DNA of 61,471 nt, the filler included, from Dirinaria sp. TL-2023a (taxonomy: Eukaryota), in the NCBI GenBank assembly GCA_051941275.1. It is 8 parts of 8 records of this genome, joined end to end, with 100 filler letters (N's around TTAATTAATTAA, not from the genome) between each part and the next. Parts side by side here need not be neighbours in the genome. Positions count along the whole stretch, not along the records: positions 1 to 7,629 come from JAVEBF010001290.1; positions 7,730 to 15,356 come from JAVEBF010001291.1; 6 more parts are not named here. One strand, given 5' to 3'. The translations under genes were made by a program, and so were the position numbers. This document shows positions 1 through 14,385 of this stretch, piece after piece. Below the pieces are notes generated by a model. It was not told the DNA's origin. It ran no database searches and saw only the letters and a list, made by a program, of their open reading frames with translations. Position 1 is the first letter of the stretch, and every line of letters begins with the position of its first letter.

Positions 1-870
1 CTATCCCCTTTCATCCCTTCCGCCCCCCCAAATAGAAAAATAAAAAATAAAAAAAAATTGAAACAAATTCTAGATTTATTTGAAACGCTCTACACAGATA
101 ATATCTAAGCCCTTTTTAAAATGCAAATAATAGAGCCTCAAAACTCCCTTTCCCTCCCTCTTCCCCCCTCTTCTTTGGATATAAACCACAGAAGCAGATT
201 TTAAATTAGTACGTAAATTCTATTCTAAGCGCAGATATGGGGGAAAATCGGGTTACGAGATGGTATGAAATAAGATCAAGGATTTTTTTTTTTGTTTTTA
301 AATTGTGGAATAGGTACTCGTACCGAACCTGACCTACCTACCTACTTGGATAAAGTAGTAGAGTGTTACAACTTGAATGAACTGAAACAGGAGTCATGTA
401 ATCAATCAGGTAGGTACACATTATGTTCATTCGAATTCTCCAGCGAAAATAGGGAGGAAAACCGGGTGACGCGATACATTGCACTCAAGTCTAAATTCAA
501 GAAAAAGGAAAAAAAAAAAAATCTATGATTTGTATCAGCTGCTGCTTGCTATTTCCTGCGAGAGTGGGAAGCTAAAGAATATCTAAGTAAGTAAAGGAAT
601 CCCCATGATTGTCCGTCTGATCGAAAACCCGCCTCTTTTTCCTTGCGGGATGTGGATATGGTGGGCGCGCCCGTCCATCTAACCACCCACCCATTGACTA
701 TGCTGTGCTCGATTAACAAATGAGGTAAAATCAGGAAAGGAAAGAACAAGAAAGAAAAGAGAATCCGTTAGTGACAAATTCTCGCTTTTTCCTCTTGCCA
801 GTCTAATATCTTAGCTACTGGGTCCTGGTTGTCAGTCGGATTCTCCAATCTCGAAAGTCGTAGCTCCAGT

Positions 871-3644
<2,774 letters not shown>

Positions 3645-4401
3645 GTTTGCGCGCAGTGTAAGTGAGCTCTTAACGGATTCGGATTCGGGTAGATATGAGG
3701 ATGTTTGAAGAAGGATGGATTTGCTGCGATGGGGAGGAACGAGAATATGTAGGTGTGGGCAGGAGAAGGGTGAAAGGGTGTGGGAAGGGAAGATGTTTAA
3801 AGAAGAGTGAAGTAGGCAGATGTGAAGCTATCAAAGTGTCACCATCAATAACATCTTTTGGCTTGTAAGGGATCGACATGACATGACATAAGCCATTGCT
3901 CTTACTCCAAGAGGTGTAGCGTTCGCAACAAAGCTGTTCCGGCCGATGATAGAAGTGCATCGAAATCAACAGTGTCTGGTAGAGAACACACAGGGCAATT
4001 TGCATCCACTAAAAACACACATGATTGCTAATCCACTAGAAAAGGATACGTAATATGGGCAGTGCCGAGGTATACATTTTTCTATATTGTACAAGCATAG
4101 AGGTCCAGAAACAGACAGCATGGTTGGACTTTTAGCAGGCTTAGTACTCGCTTAGATGACTACCTTTTTTGCTACTTCAACATCCCAACCAAACTACAGT
4201 ACTAGACTCTGGAAACGATTGCTCTTGAACGCATATCCAATGTGGGTACTAGGCCGAGCGCTGATTCTTATTTTGTTACGATGTTTTTTTTGTTCAATCA
4301 GCCAAATGCTGGATTTCTTGTTGGCATTGCTGCAGTATAGAGTCACTATGAAAAGCACCAATTTCTTCTTAATCAGGAATGCCCTTTTAGTACTACATCC
4401 C

Positions 4402-5262
4402 TGGCCGAGGCAGAAGCATGCATGCTGCGCGGGTTTGACTGCTTCAAGTACGCCTGTGACTCTGCTTTTTCACCAGATTAGAGGGTTCTGCGTCGCAATT
4501 ATTCTGTTTTGTTAAAAAAAAAAAAGCTCATGTGACGCGCCAATTCCGCTGCCGTGGAATACCTCATAGGCAACCATGAGAGTCAGCTGAAGCTAAAGTA
4601 TGGGGATTTGACTGCCTCAAACTACGCCCACGAGCTTGATTTCCTTCTGTTCAGGGGAGTTCTCATGTCAATCCCTTTGTTTTTTTTTTTTTTTTTTTTT
4701 TCCCCAAGAAAGGAGCCAAGGTGCTCCGGCTATTTCGCTGTCATGAAATATCAAACAGTCAAGCGAGGGAGTTGGCTGAGGCTAAAGTTGGCATGCTGCA
4801 GGGGTTCTAATGGTTCAAGTACGCCTCTGAGTCTGATTTTACTAGATTAGGGAGGTTCTACCTGATAATTTTGTTTTGTTGAAGAGCAGTGCCCCGGTGA
4901 TCCCGCTATTCCGCCGCCGTGGACTATCACATGCTTAAGCGCCGGCGTTGGCTGAGGCTCAAATATGGATGCTGGGGGGATTCTACTGCTTCGAAGTATT
5001 CCTACGAGTCTGGTTTTCTCCAGGTAAGAGGATTTCTATCTGGCAATTCTGATCTGTTAAAGAAAAGTGCCAGTGTGATGCAGCTATTTTCCTTGTCATG
5101 AAAATATCTCATGGGCGAGCGTGAGAGTTGGTTGAGGCAGGAATATGGATGCCGCGGCAAGATTATGATTTGGGGCTATGTCCCTGAGTCACTTTTCAAC
5201 CAGATTAAGACGTTTTGCGTGGAAATTCTGTTTTGTTGAAGAAAAGTGCCCGTGTGACGCAT
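4402..5262. repeat. Degenerate tandem array of five ~180-bp units
   Basis: Unit anchor TGGCTGAGGC-like at 4402, 4584, 4773, 4949, 5129 (spacing 182, 189, 176, 180). Shared blocks ACTGCTTCAAGTACGCC, CCAGATTA, TTCTGTTTTGTTGAAGAAAAGTGCC, TGTGA. Confidence 0.85.
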
Positions 5263-5319
5263 CAATCCCTGGGTGATCGCGGAAGCGCAGGAGAAAATCA
5301 TTTGGAGCTGGTCATTAGT

Positions 5320-5327
5320 ATATAAGT
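5320..5327 (+). promoter_or_regulatory. Putative TATA box of the 5566 ORF
   Basis: TATATAAG followed by a pyrimidine-rich leader, ~245 nt upstream of the ATG. Confidence 0.45.
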
Positions 5328-5565
5328 GTACATCTCCTAGGCTTTCCTTCCCCCCTATCCAGATACATAATTGCTCTTGCTCTATCCAATCCAACATCTC
5401 AATTCTCTCGCTCCAGTGCATTATCGCTCTTGATTCACTATAACTTCCAACCCCAACCTTCCTCCCTCTCCAATTTATCATTGCCCTTGTTCCGCCATAA
5501 CCTCCATCACCTCCGTACTCGACTTGATTGACTGTAACCCGCATCTTCTACCAGTGTAAAGCAGA

Positions 5566-6294
5566 ATGGCGTCAGAGTATACCCACAACCATGGTGATCG
5601 CCTTGAGACCAGCCACACAACAAACCTGGCTCCGAGAACAGTGATGGGTCCACCGCCAAAGCCAAACAAGCCCGCAACAGTGATGGGCCCACCTCCAAAG
5701 CCAAACAAGCCACGCTCGCATGACCAGCCTATGCCAGATGCACCGAGCGCCCTTAACCAAGTGCGAGCGGCACCGGCATCAAGCACAACGGCGAATGGAC
5801 TGCAGACGATGTCAGGAGTGCTTGTAGCCCCTGACTCCAGCAGCATTCGGCCGATATACTCAGCACCGGCCCATCCCCAACCAGCCGCTGTGCAGCCTAC
5901 GGGCCCAGCCACCCAAGGGCGATTTTCCGCCCAGGAATTCTTTGCCGCCTGGATCGGGGACCCAATGCCTTATTCCGCACCCAGCAACGGGCGGGCGAGC
6001 ACCCACATAGCCGATATCGACGATGTCGACTATCCGCCCATCAGCGAGGTGACGCGCCTCTTATATTCGGGACCGGGGCAGCAGACGACCACGGTCTCGC
6101 TGCCGCATCTCGATTCCAAGCTGGCTAAGGAGTACCCGGCTGCTGAGGATGTGCAGACTTGGCTCGAGGGCGATGTCCCGTTCCACGATAGGCGTCGCAT
6201 TTACGACGACTTGGTGCGCCGAGGCTACTCGGTCCAAGCTGCGACCGACATTGCTTTTTCGCAATTGAATGGTGCCTCTCAGACTCAAAGCTGA
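5566..6294 (+). CDS. Hypothetical Pro-rich protein (242 aa), no recognised domain
   Basis: Intronless ORF with an upstream TATA-like element; internal duplication TVMGPPPKPNKP x2. Confidence 0.6.
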   Translation: MASEYTHNHGDRLETSHTTNLAPRTVMGPPPKPNKPATVMGPPPKPNKPRSHDQPMPDAPSALNQVRAAPASSTTANGLQTMSGVLVAPDSSSIRPIYSAPAHPQPAAVQPTGPATQGRFSAQEFFAAWIGDPMPYSAPSNGRASTHIADIDDVDYPPISEVTRLLYSGPGQQTTTVSLPHLDSKLAKEYPAAEDVQTWLEGDVPFHDRRRIYDDLVRRGYSVQAATDIAFSQLNGASQTQS

Positions 6295-7629
6295 GAAGCA
6301 GTGGCCACATTCCAGGCCTGACCGGATAATAACGTGGGTTGGTAAGGGCGTCTCAAAAATCAAGATATGAACGTTGGCGAATGCCCCGGTCCTGAACTAA
6401 GTCATGTGCTTGGCAATGGCATTCGCATATAAGCACCGGTATACCTCAATCCACAGCTGCCGACGATGACGATTCGAACCAACAGACGCACCTTGAGCCC
6501 CTTCAATCCAGCGAAAACCGATTTCCAGTCAACGGCATATCATCATCCGATCCCACAGCAAACATGGCTTGGAAACCCGCCCACAACACACCTCAAGCGA
6601 AGAATAGCCTGCATAGCGAGCGAGCATCACCACCACCAGGACCTATCCGAGCATCATTGAACATTGAGGCCATCACCACCATGCCTCAACGAAGTACGCG
6701 TGGCATCGAGAACAAATTTTTCCCATTTCAACGCGTGTACGTGGCGACTTGAAGGCGAGCTACAAGATTGCGTAGACTGGAGTAAATAAGCCGAAAAGTT
6801 CTTCGCTTCGTTTTTGATTCTCTCTGGGTCTTGATTTTGGGTTGTAGGGCATTTAAGGCGCTTTTAGGGATTTAGATTTCTTTTCGTGTCGGTAGAGTGT
6901 ATTTTTAATGAAGTATCAGGTAGTAGAATAGTAAATGAATTGCTTGAGGACTTTTTGAGAATTGAGAAAGACAGTGTAGATCTACGGCCTTGAGATCGCT
7001 GTGGGAATCGTGCAGTGAAAGTAAAAGGGGAAGGAGCGGGGGGGTTCATCAAGGTAACTATTACAATATGCCAAGCTTCGTATCTTCTTCGAATAATTAA
7101 TCGCTTCCAAACTATAAGATCTCACGTAAAAGAAATCGAAAAAAATATCCATCTCAAAGATCGAATTCCTGTGGAGCAGCCAAGTTATCTAACTAATTTT
7201 TCTTCTTCCTAATTATTCTTTTCCTCTAAACCCTTTCTCTTCTGAGAAGGGTCTATATTCCGCTCGATAAGAGTCTTTGCAATTTGAGCTAAGAAAAAAA
7301 AAGAAAAGAAAAGAGAGGAAGTCATGCACTCGACGTATACATCAGTAACTAATTGATTAATTCATGCAGGCTATATATTAAGGTTCCTTTAACACCTGGT
7401 AATTTATTTCTCCCCGTCCTTTCAAAAATCTATATATTCTATGTATACTACGGGTATAGTCCCCTGGGATAACAGAACTTTTTTTTTTGGTCAAGGCTGG
7501 TGAGAAAGGTTTCTATTTTCTCATCTCGAATGTTTGAATATTGAGGTACTTATATGATTTCGCGCGTTAGTTTCACGCTGTAGTAAAGATGCTAAGATAT
7601 TGATTAGGGAGTATGGTTTAAGAAAGATG

Positions 7630-7729
7630 NNNNNNNNNNNNNNNNNNNNNNNNNNNNNNNNNNNNNNNNNNNNTTAATTAATTAANNNNNNNNNNNNNNN
7701 NNNNNNNNNNNNNNNNNNNNNNNNNNNNN
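7630..7729. other. Assembly spacer (44 N + TTAATTAATTAA + 44 N)
   Basis: Six-frame stop linker at 7674-7685 inside an N run. Confidence 0.99.
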
Positions 7730-8703
7730 CCTCCTCTACCAACCCAACACCCAAATCCCCGCCTTCTACAGCCCTAACATCCCTAGCAACCCTTTCCACG
7801 ACGACCCAATCCCAGATCTCAGCTCTCGTGGCGCGTACATCAACGCTGTCCAACACCCTGACCGCCCTCACGGACGATATCCTGCGATGCTCCTCGCGTC
7901 TCGCGTACGAAGTCGAGCTTCTACGGGGAGAAGCTGTAGCTTTGGTTGAGAGCCTGACATTGGTAAACGAAGATGATGGCGAGGGAAAAGATTTCAACGG
8001 CGCAATTAGGCGATTCGTGCCGCGTGGGCTTTCTGTACAGCACGTCCAGCCCCTGGAGGATGAACCGGAGCGAGAGAAGGAAACTGTAGGGAACAGGGAG
8101 CAGAGTGAGCCAGAAGAGAAAGGCCTCAAACAGAGAGAAGGAAAGGAGGCCCAAGAAGCAATCGAAAGGCTACGGACCCTGCTGCATGTCAAATCCCAGC
8201 TCCAGGCGACGACCCAGGCTTTCAACGCAGCGCTTTCGTTCCCGCTCCCGCCCTCCCTCCTCTCCGGCCCGGCCTCCTCGCTCATCGCAGTGAACCCGCC
8301 AGACGCGGATCCGAAGGCAGAGGAGAAGGGACAAGCTGCGCTGTCGGATCTCCGACGCGAGGTTGCCGATCTCTTGGCTTTGGATGGGGGCTCCCGGGGT
8401 TCGGAAATGGAGTTGGACGGGCTACGGAGGGCGAGAGAACGGGTGCAGGATTTAAGACGGTTGGTAGGGGTGTGGAAAGGTACGACCGAGGAGAAGGCGC
8501 GGGCGAAGGTCGTGGGCGAATTGGAGGCGATGGTGGAGGAGGCTGCGGAGAACAGGAAGATAGAGGTCCCGAAAACGGGTCACGGGGAAAGGAACGTCAG
8601 AGCTACAGCGAGGGTGCAAGAGCCAGAAGCGAGAAGTGCCAGTGCTGGCAGGGGGTTTTTGGGTGGATTGCAAAGGTTGAGGGACGAGATATACATGGAA
8701 TGA
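7730..8703 (+). CDS. Coiled-coil protein, COG7-like (conserved oligomeric Golgi complex), 5'-truncated by gap
   Basis: LSNTLTALTDDILRCSSRLAYEVELLRGEAVAL and AIERLRTLLHVKSQLQATTQAF resemble the recalled COG7 N-terminal helices; frame runs open from the contig edge. Confidence 0.55.
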
Positions 8704-8840
8704 AATCCATGTGACGACTGAGGTAGCAGTTCTACACTGGTTAAGCATGAGCTCATGGTAGCTCGTCGACTATCCTGCCCCTGAGCAGTTAAGTAGATAC
8801 AAGAATTCCCGTCCCTGAGGCTAAGCTCTTCGGGAACTCC

Positions 8841-11800
8841 TTACGGCATAATGAACCCTACTCTCGGATATGGTTCTGGTTTGACATCGGCCTTCGTCCA
8901 CTTCTTTTCACTGAACGGCAGATTCCCCGTGCCGTTGCCATCCCCAGGCTCCCAGTGTCCCTTTTGAACCCCATCCCTCCACAACGTATGGACTATCTTC
9001 GCCAGTTCGAGCTCATCAATTGGCTTGTCGTCCGCTGTGCCCCAAAGGCCCCTTCGTCTCACACCTTTCTCCCTCAATACCTCCTGCATTTTGTCGATGA
9101 GTCCGATGTCGGATTTCGAGAAGTATTTGATCCAGCCTTCGTTGCCTATCGATATCATGTTGACATTGAGCAGCTTGGTATTTGGAGAATACGGATTGAA
9201 AGGATAGGTAGTCGGATTTGCGTGCTGAGCAAGGTAGTATGGGAGAAATATGTAATAGTGATCCTCATTCACTGGCAGATGAGAGTAAAGTGGTGGAAAC
9301 TTGGAGCCGGAGGCCCAGATGCCCGGCACGTAGTTTGCTAAATTGCTCAGCCAGGAGGCTTGCACAGGTGTCGGTGGAGGCGGCGGCTTATACAATGTCT
9401 TGTAGAGTCTTTTCGGAGGAAATCCTGGCGGTGTTCGTGAGGGAGAGGATGTGGTCGATTTGACGTCGCCCTGAGAAGCTGTATCTACCTTGAGAGTGTT
9501 GATCATTTCAAGCCTGTCGGCGATGAAGGCATTTGAAATCGGGTTTCGATCTGACTGAGGATCTTCGTTGATAATAGGATAGCGAACACAACCTGCACTT
9601 TGATCGATGTCTTTGACATCACCAAGCGTCGTTGAACCAGATGTCTGTCCAATCTCCTTCACGACAATCTCTTTGCGGCTCTTGTCATCGATACGAGGAG
9701 CAGGGCGCTGAGTAGTATGCTCGGCAAACGTCGAAGATTTACGAGTTGTTTGATTCGATATGTTAGAGCTTGGAATAGGCGTAGCAAATGGTATCTCAGT
9801 GGCAGATGGCGCAGCTGCACTCGTTGCTGGCTCATCGTTCCTCTGCTGCACTGCAAATTCTCCTTTTACCACAGCTTTAATAACTTCTTCCTTAGGTTGC
9901 ACGATCGAATCTGAGTTGATAGGGTCCAGCTCGTCTGTGTAAATAATCTGACTCTGTCGTCGCCAAGGACTTGGGATTTTGCTTCGCTTTGGTTTTGGTA
10001 GCTCGGGCTCAAGAATAGCTATTTCAGCTCCATCAGCTGATTCTTCGATTCGGCTCTCCGAGTTGGCTTCTGCTAGCCAGATGTCGACATCTTCATGTTC
10101 CCTATCTTCTTGCAGGCCGTCTTCACTATCACTGTCGATGACTATGACCTGACTTGAGTTTGCATCCTGAATCTGCTTACTAACGGCTTCACGTTCGCGT
10201 TGCCATTCTGCTTCACGCTCGCGTCGCCAGTCATCTTCCGAATCCTGTTCGGCATAAGACTCGGCACTCGGCAAGGTAGGTTCTTGAGGTTTAGGAGAAG
10301 TAGATTTCCAGCTCATCCGATCATAGTCGTCAATAGCACTTTCTTCGGGGCTTGGTAGCTGATCATTTGTCAAAATGGGGTACTCGATCTTTCGCTCTGG
10401 CGCCGGAATCTTTAACGTATAGCCCTTTGAGGGAGGAGAATCAGGCCGCTTAGTATTCGTGGTCACAGAGCCTCCGCTGAAAACATCGTCATCTGATCTA
10501 GCGTGAAAACCAGTGGTTGACTGTGTTACTCGCTGACGTTTAGCAAGTTCTTCGCCCAATCTTAGCCCAGCACGCAATTCGCGCTGTGTACCTGGCCCAA
10601 ACCCTCCAAAGATATTGTCCAGACCACGTTCGAGAATCTGTGCAGACTCGGGTTGAGCAGCGTTCAGGAATCTGGATGCAGAAGTACTTTTTTTCGAGCC
10701 ACTACTCGTTGGACTTAAAGCACCTTGAAGCACGATACCAGCACGGACAATTCGAGCCAGTCTCGGCGTACCATCGGTGGGCTTTGCCAATGGTCGTGGT
10801 GAAGTTCGAGCCTCTGGCGACTTAACGGGTGGAGGTAGTCCTGGAGAAGAAGCTACACGCGGCGTCAAATCTCTGACAGACGGTCTATTAAAAGACCCAG
10901 CACAATTGGTAGAGGGCGGCGATGGATTCCTGGGCTGGCTAGTAGGGTCTTGCTGCACTGGCCTCGCAGCTTCAGCCGAAGGCTGTTGAGCAGAAGGGAG
11001 AGATGAGACAGACACCATACTAAAACCTTCACTCTCTATTATGGAGTCGAACTCCTGATATTCGTCCGTTCGATCAGCACTGGCTGTGTTTGGACTATTA
11101 TCCGTTGTGTCGCCGGCCAAAAGCCTCTTTTGGGGCTTGCTGGGAGATAAGCTGTCGTGGCGAAGCTTCGATCTCCACCTAGCTTCATCTGCACGCTCAA
11201 ACTCCGATTGATTTAGAGAGACTTCTGGGTATGAAACTCCACACGTACTGTTGTTCGCTCCACTCATGTCCGAGAGACGAGGAGTCTCATTTCTCGCTGA
11301 AGACTCTTCTGGAAAAGATTGGTCATGATCGTTGTTCTCAGTATCATGTATGACACTCGCCTGCATTTCTCGAGTACAAGGCGGAATTTTACTGGTGGAG
11401 CTTTGCGCGCCGACTTCTAAGCTCTTCCTTGGTCTACCTCGGGGCCGCTTAGGAGGCGGCGTTGTCATCGCTCCTGCATTATCGTCGTACTTCTCGCAAG
11501 CCTTATTAGAGCGGCTGCTTTTCGTTGATGGTTTAGTCTTAGGCTTTGGCGTCCCACTCCTCTTTGCGGGGCCATCGAGGGATTTCCTGGGCCTGCCTCT
11601 ACCGCGTTTTTCCCGAATAGGAGACGAAGCCAACCCATCCTTTATTGGAACCGTCGTCGTCGTTGTTTTTCCTGCCATAGCTACTCTTGGTGAGACAGCC
11701 TGGGGCTTTTCCGGCTCGGCCTCCACTGTGACTCTTATTCTCCAAGGGCTGACGACGTTTTGGGAGCGAGTTATTGACTTGTTTGGGGACGAACAGATTA

Positions 11801-11978
11801 CTGGCGCAGATGGTGTATCAAGGTAGAAGTCTTGTATTCGTTGATTGCTATCATTGTTGCTCAAAGCAATCCTTGGTTTTGTTCGTTTGTGAGATGCCTT
11901 AATAGGCGACGGAGATTGGACGTTATCGTGCGACAAGCCCAGTGGATCTGGGGATGATGTCTGTGAACCGGAGGCCAT
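8841..11978 (-). CDS. Large low-complexity AT-hook DNA-binding protein
   Basis: Long intronless ORF with two AT-hook cores (KRGRGRPRK, RPRGRPRK); likely start MASGSQTSSPDPL at 11978. Confidence 0.75.
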   Translation of the reverse strand: MASGSQTSSPDPLGLSHDNVQSPSPIKASHKRTKPRIALSNNDSNQRIQDFYLDTPSAPVICSSPNKSITRSQNVVSPWRIRVTVEAEPEKPQAVSPRVAMAGKTTTTTVPIKDGLASSPIREKRGRGRPRKSLDGPAKRSGTPKPKTKPSTKSSRSNKACEKYDDNAGAMTTPPPKRPRGRPRKSLEVGAQSSTSKIPPCTREMQASVIHDTENNDHDQSFPEESSARNETPRLSDMSGANNSTCGVSYPEVSLNQSEFERADEARWRSKLRHDSLSPSKPQKRLLAGDTTDNSPNTASADRTDEYQEFDSIIESEGFSMVSVSSLPSAQQPSAEAARPVQQDPTSQPRNPSPPSTNCAGSFNRPSVRDLTPRVASSPGLPPPVKSPEARTSPRPLAKPTDGTPRLARIVRAGIVLQGALSPTSSGSKKSTSASRFLNAAQPESAQILERGLDNIFGGFGPGTQRELRAGLRLGEELAKRQRVTQSTTGFHARSDDDVFSGGSVTTNTKRPDSPPSKGYTLKIPAPERKIEYPILTNDQLPSPEESAIDDYDRMSWKSTSPKPQEPTLPSAESYAEQDSEDDWRREREAEWQREREAVSKQIQDANSSQVIVIDSDSEDGLQEDREHEDVDIWLAEANSESRIEESADGAEIAILEPELPKPKRSKIPSPWRRQSQIIYTDELDPINSDSIVQPKEEVIKAVVKGEFAVQQRNDEPATSAAAPSATEIPFATPIPSSNISNQTTRKSSTFAEHTTQRPAPRIDDKSRKEIVVKEIGQTSGSTTLGDVKDIDQSAGCVRYPIINEDPQSDRNPISNAFIADRLEMINTLKVDTASQGDVKSTTSSPSRTPPGFPPKRLYKTLYKPPPPPTPVQASWLSNLANYVPGIWASGSKFPPLYSHLPVNEDHYYIFLPYYLAQHANPTTYPFNPYSPNTKLLNVNMISIGNEGWIKYFSKSDIGLIDKMQEVLREKGVRRRGLWGTADDKPIDELELAKIVHTLWRDGVQKGHWEPGDGNGTGNLPFSEKKWTKADVKPEPYPRVGFIMP

Positions 11979-12343
11979 ACTAATAATTGACGTTATTCCA
12001 AATGTCATACGATCTCCAGGACCATCATCTTCCGGTATAAAAGTCGATGTGTTGCTGTTCCTTAAAGTAAAGTACCTTACGCGGTGACCAAATGTAAACA
12101 AACAACCCTAATCTTATCGGATCGCCAAGACGGGGCTAAGTACCGAGGTGCCTGGCTCGCAAGATAGATTTCTCCGCTCCGTCCCCCGCACGCGTTCCGC
12201 TGATGAGATAACTTTGCTGCCGTCAGGCATGAGGAGAGTCTCTATCTATATCACTTCACATTTGTATTAGATTCTTTAGCTATTTACATAACAGTCGCGG
12301 TACTGGGTGTATGCGTACACATTTGCTATGAGACAGCACCAAT

Positions 12344-13507
12344 TCAGGACGACAGGATACTGAATTCGTACTGCGCATACACAACTGCTGGCTCGGAGTC
12401 CACAGTATAGATTTGGTACTGATCCTGGCCCCACTGAGGGTTGTTAATACCGTCAATCCACTGCTGTGTTTCGATCACCACACAGCCATATTGAGGCACG
12501 TAGGTTGTGTTGCCCTTGACATGCTGCTGGCTCTGCTTGACCGGTATTGTCCCGTTGAGGTTGTCGCAGGTATATATCTGCAAACTTTGTTGGTTGGTGT
12601 AGATGTCAAGTTGGATGCCGGTGCTGTTCGAAGACATTGTGAGCACACTGATGTCGTTCGCTTCAGGCGCAGAGTAACGTGGACGGTCTAGAATGAAGGC
12701 GTTGTCGTAGCCTGTGCAACCAGTTCCGCAGCCATTGACTCCTTGCAAAATATCACGACCTATCTGTTTAGGCGAGGTGAAGTCGAGCCAAGTACCATTG
12801 ACTGTGCCAATATCGCCCGTCGGGACCTCTAAACCGTCAAACTCGATGTAGCGATCGGCATAGGGCATGTGCAAGGTGTCGTTGAGCACCGTTTGACCTG
12901 CTGTATCGACAAAGGCTCCCAAATTCCAGTAAACATGATTAGCAAGCATGATTGGAGTCGGTTCGTCAAGAGGTATCGAGACCAGCCTCGAGGTCCATCG
13001 GGGACCAGTAAGGCCCGAGGAAACAGTGTAGGTCGCGTAGGTGATGACATTGCCGGGAAAACCCTGGAAAGCTTGATCCAGCAGAGAGAAGGTGATGCTC
13101 GACTGATTCGCCTGTACCACTGTCCAATTTCTCTGATCGTAGCCTATGATGCCGCCATGCAGAGTATCGTTGCCGTCATGCTCGTTCTCCGGGATGTGAG
13201 ATGTGACGCCATCTACGGTGAAAGTGCCATTCTTGATGCGATTGGCGTACCGCCCAACGATCGGGCCGTAGTAAGTGTGCACGGTCTCGGTGTCATTGAG
13301 ATATTGAGTTCCCTCGTCATACCCCAGAACGACATCCTGTGGATCACCGTTTTTATCCTCTACGAAAAGATTCGTGAGACGCGCGCCGTATGCGATGAAA
13401 GACGCATTGATGCCAGGCGCAGAGATGTTGTACTTGGTGAAGGGGGACGAGCTTTGTGTCAAAGCAGCAGGCAGGAAGGAAGCGGCTAAGAGCAAAGAAA
13501 AATGCAT
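12344..13507 (-). CDS. Secreted aldose 1-epimerase / galactose mutarotase-like protein
   Basis: GRYANRI, LHGG, NHVYWNL, GYDNAF and ETQ motifs; signal peptide MHFSLLLAASFLPAALT. Confidence 0.93.
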   Translation of the reverse strand: MHFSLLLAASFLPAALTQSSSPFTKYNISAPGINASFIAYGARLTNLFVEDKNGDPQDVVLGYDEGTQYLNDTETVHTYYGPIVGRYANRIKNGTFTVDGVTSHIPENEHDGNDTLHGGIIGYDQRNWTVVQANQSSITFSLLDQAFQGFPGNVITYATYTVSSGLTGPRWTSRLVSIPLDEPTPIMLANHVYWNLGAFVDTAGQTVLNDTLHMPYADRYIEFDGLEVPTGDIGTVNGTWLDFTSPKQIGRDILQGVNGCGTGCTGYDNAFILDRPRYSAPEANDISVLTMSSNSTGIQLDIYTNQQSLQIYTCDNLNGTIPVKQSQQHVKGNTTYVPQYGCVVIETQQWIDGINNPQWGQDQYQIYTVDSEPAVVYAQYEFSILSS

Positions 13508-14385
13508 TCTAAGAGCAAGGCAAGACAAACTGAGGAGCTGGTCGGAGATACAGGAGACAAGAGCCGGGGTGGCAGGCAGAGAAGGGAAGGAGGGAGGTAC
13601 ATGCTGGTTTTATAGCTCCCCATACTGGTAGCTGGTGGAGAAAACATCACCTTACCAGACCTACCTGACATGCATATTTGCGGGGTTGGTGCAAGGAACG
13701 CGGAGGTAGTGGCGATGTACAAGCTTTGAATGATGCAAGATGCGAAGCTACTTGTGCCCCTCACAGTAGAGTACCTTAGGTACCTTACGATACCTAAGGT
13801 AGCTTTGGACATCGCACAGCTACAGGCCAGATGCGCACGACTTAGCAGGTACAAGCGATGACAGGGTCTTTGGCGATGAGGCCGAATGGAGGCTGATGCA
13901 CATGGGACGAACTGGTTGAAGGTCTCGGATGGGAAAAATGATGGAGGGGGCCCAGGTGGGGAACGGCTCATAAATTGCGGGGAAGCTACTTTAGAGCGCC
14001 TCAGCGCTTTACAGAGAGTTGCACGACTCAGCCGAGGTACCTTACTACCTTGATTCCCCCTTGGATACTACAGCAAGGTACATACAAGGTACTCCGTACA
14101 TTAATTAATACACTGATCAACTCGAGAAGTGTGCGAACTCAAGTCATATTTGCCACGTTTCGACCGAGTAGCATATCTTGAACATGCAAAGATACACATT
14201 TGGATGCTGTTTCAAGACCCTTATGTGTGGTGCCCACCCTCTCACCAACTATACAGGACATCAGGTTCAGTCCCATATTCCACCATAACGCCCACTGCAA
14301 TCCGCGGGCCTGTGTCATACAACGCTCCAGACACCAGTGAAAATGCGTTCGCTCTGAAATCAAAGAAGATTCGAGATCGCTGATT

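Noticed and set aside
4156..5101. Short ORFs with a repeated WLRLKYG-like peptide as a gene family
   Set aside because: Frames differ between units and homopolymer indels break them; explained by the DNA repeat
7674..7685. TTAATTAATTAA recurring every ~7.7 kb as a biological repeat
   Set aside because: Always centred in 100-nt N spacers; an artificial six-frame stop linker
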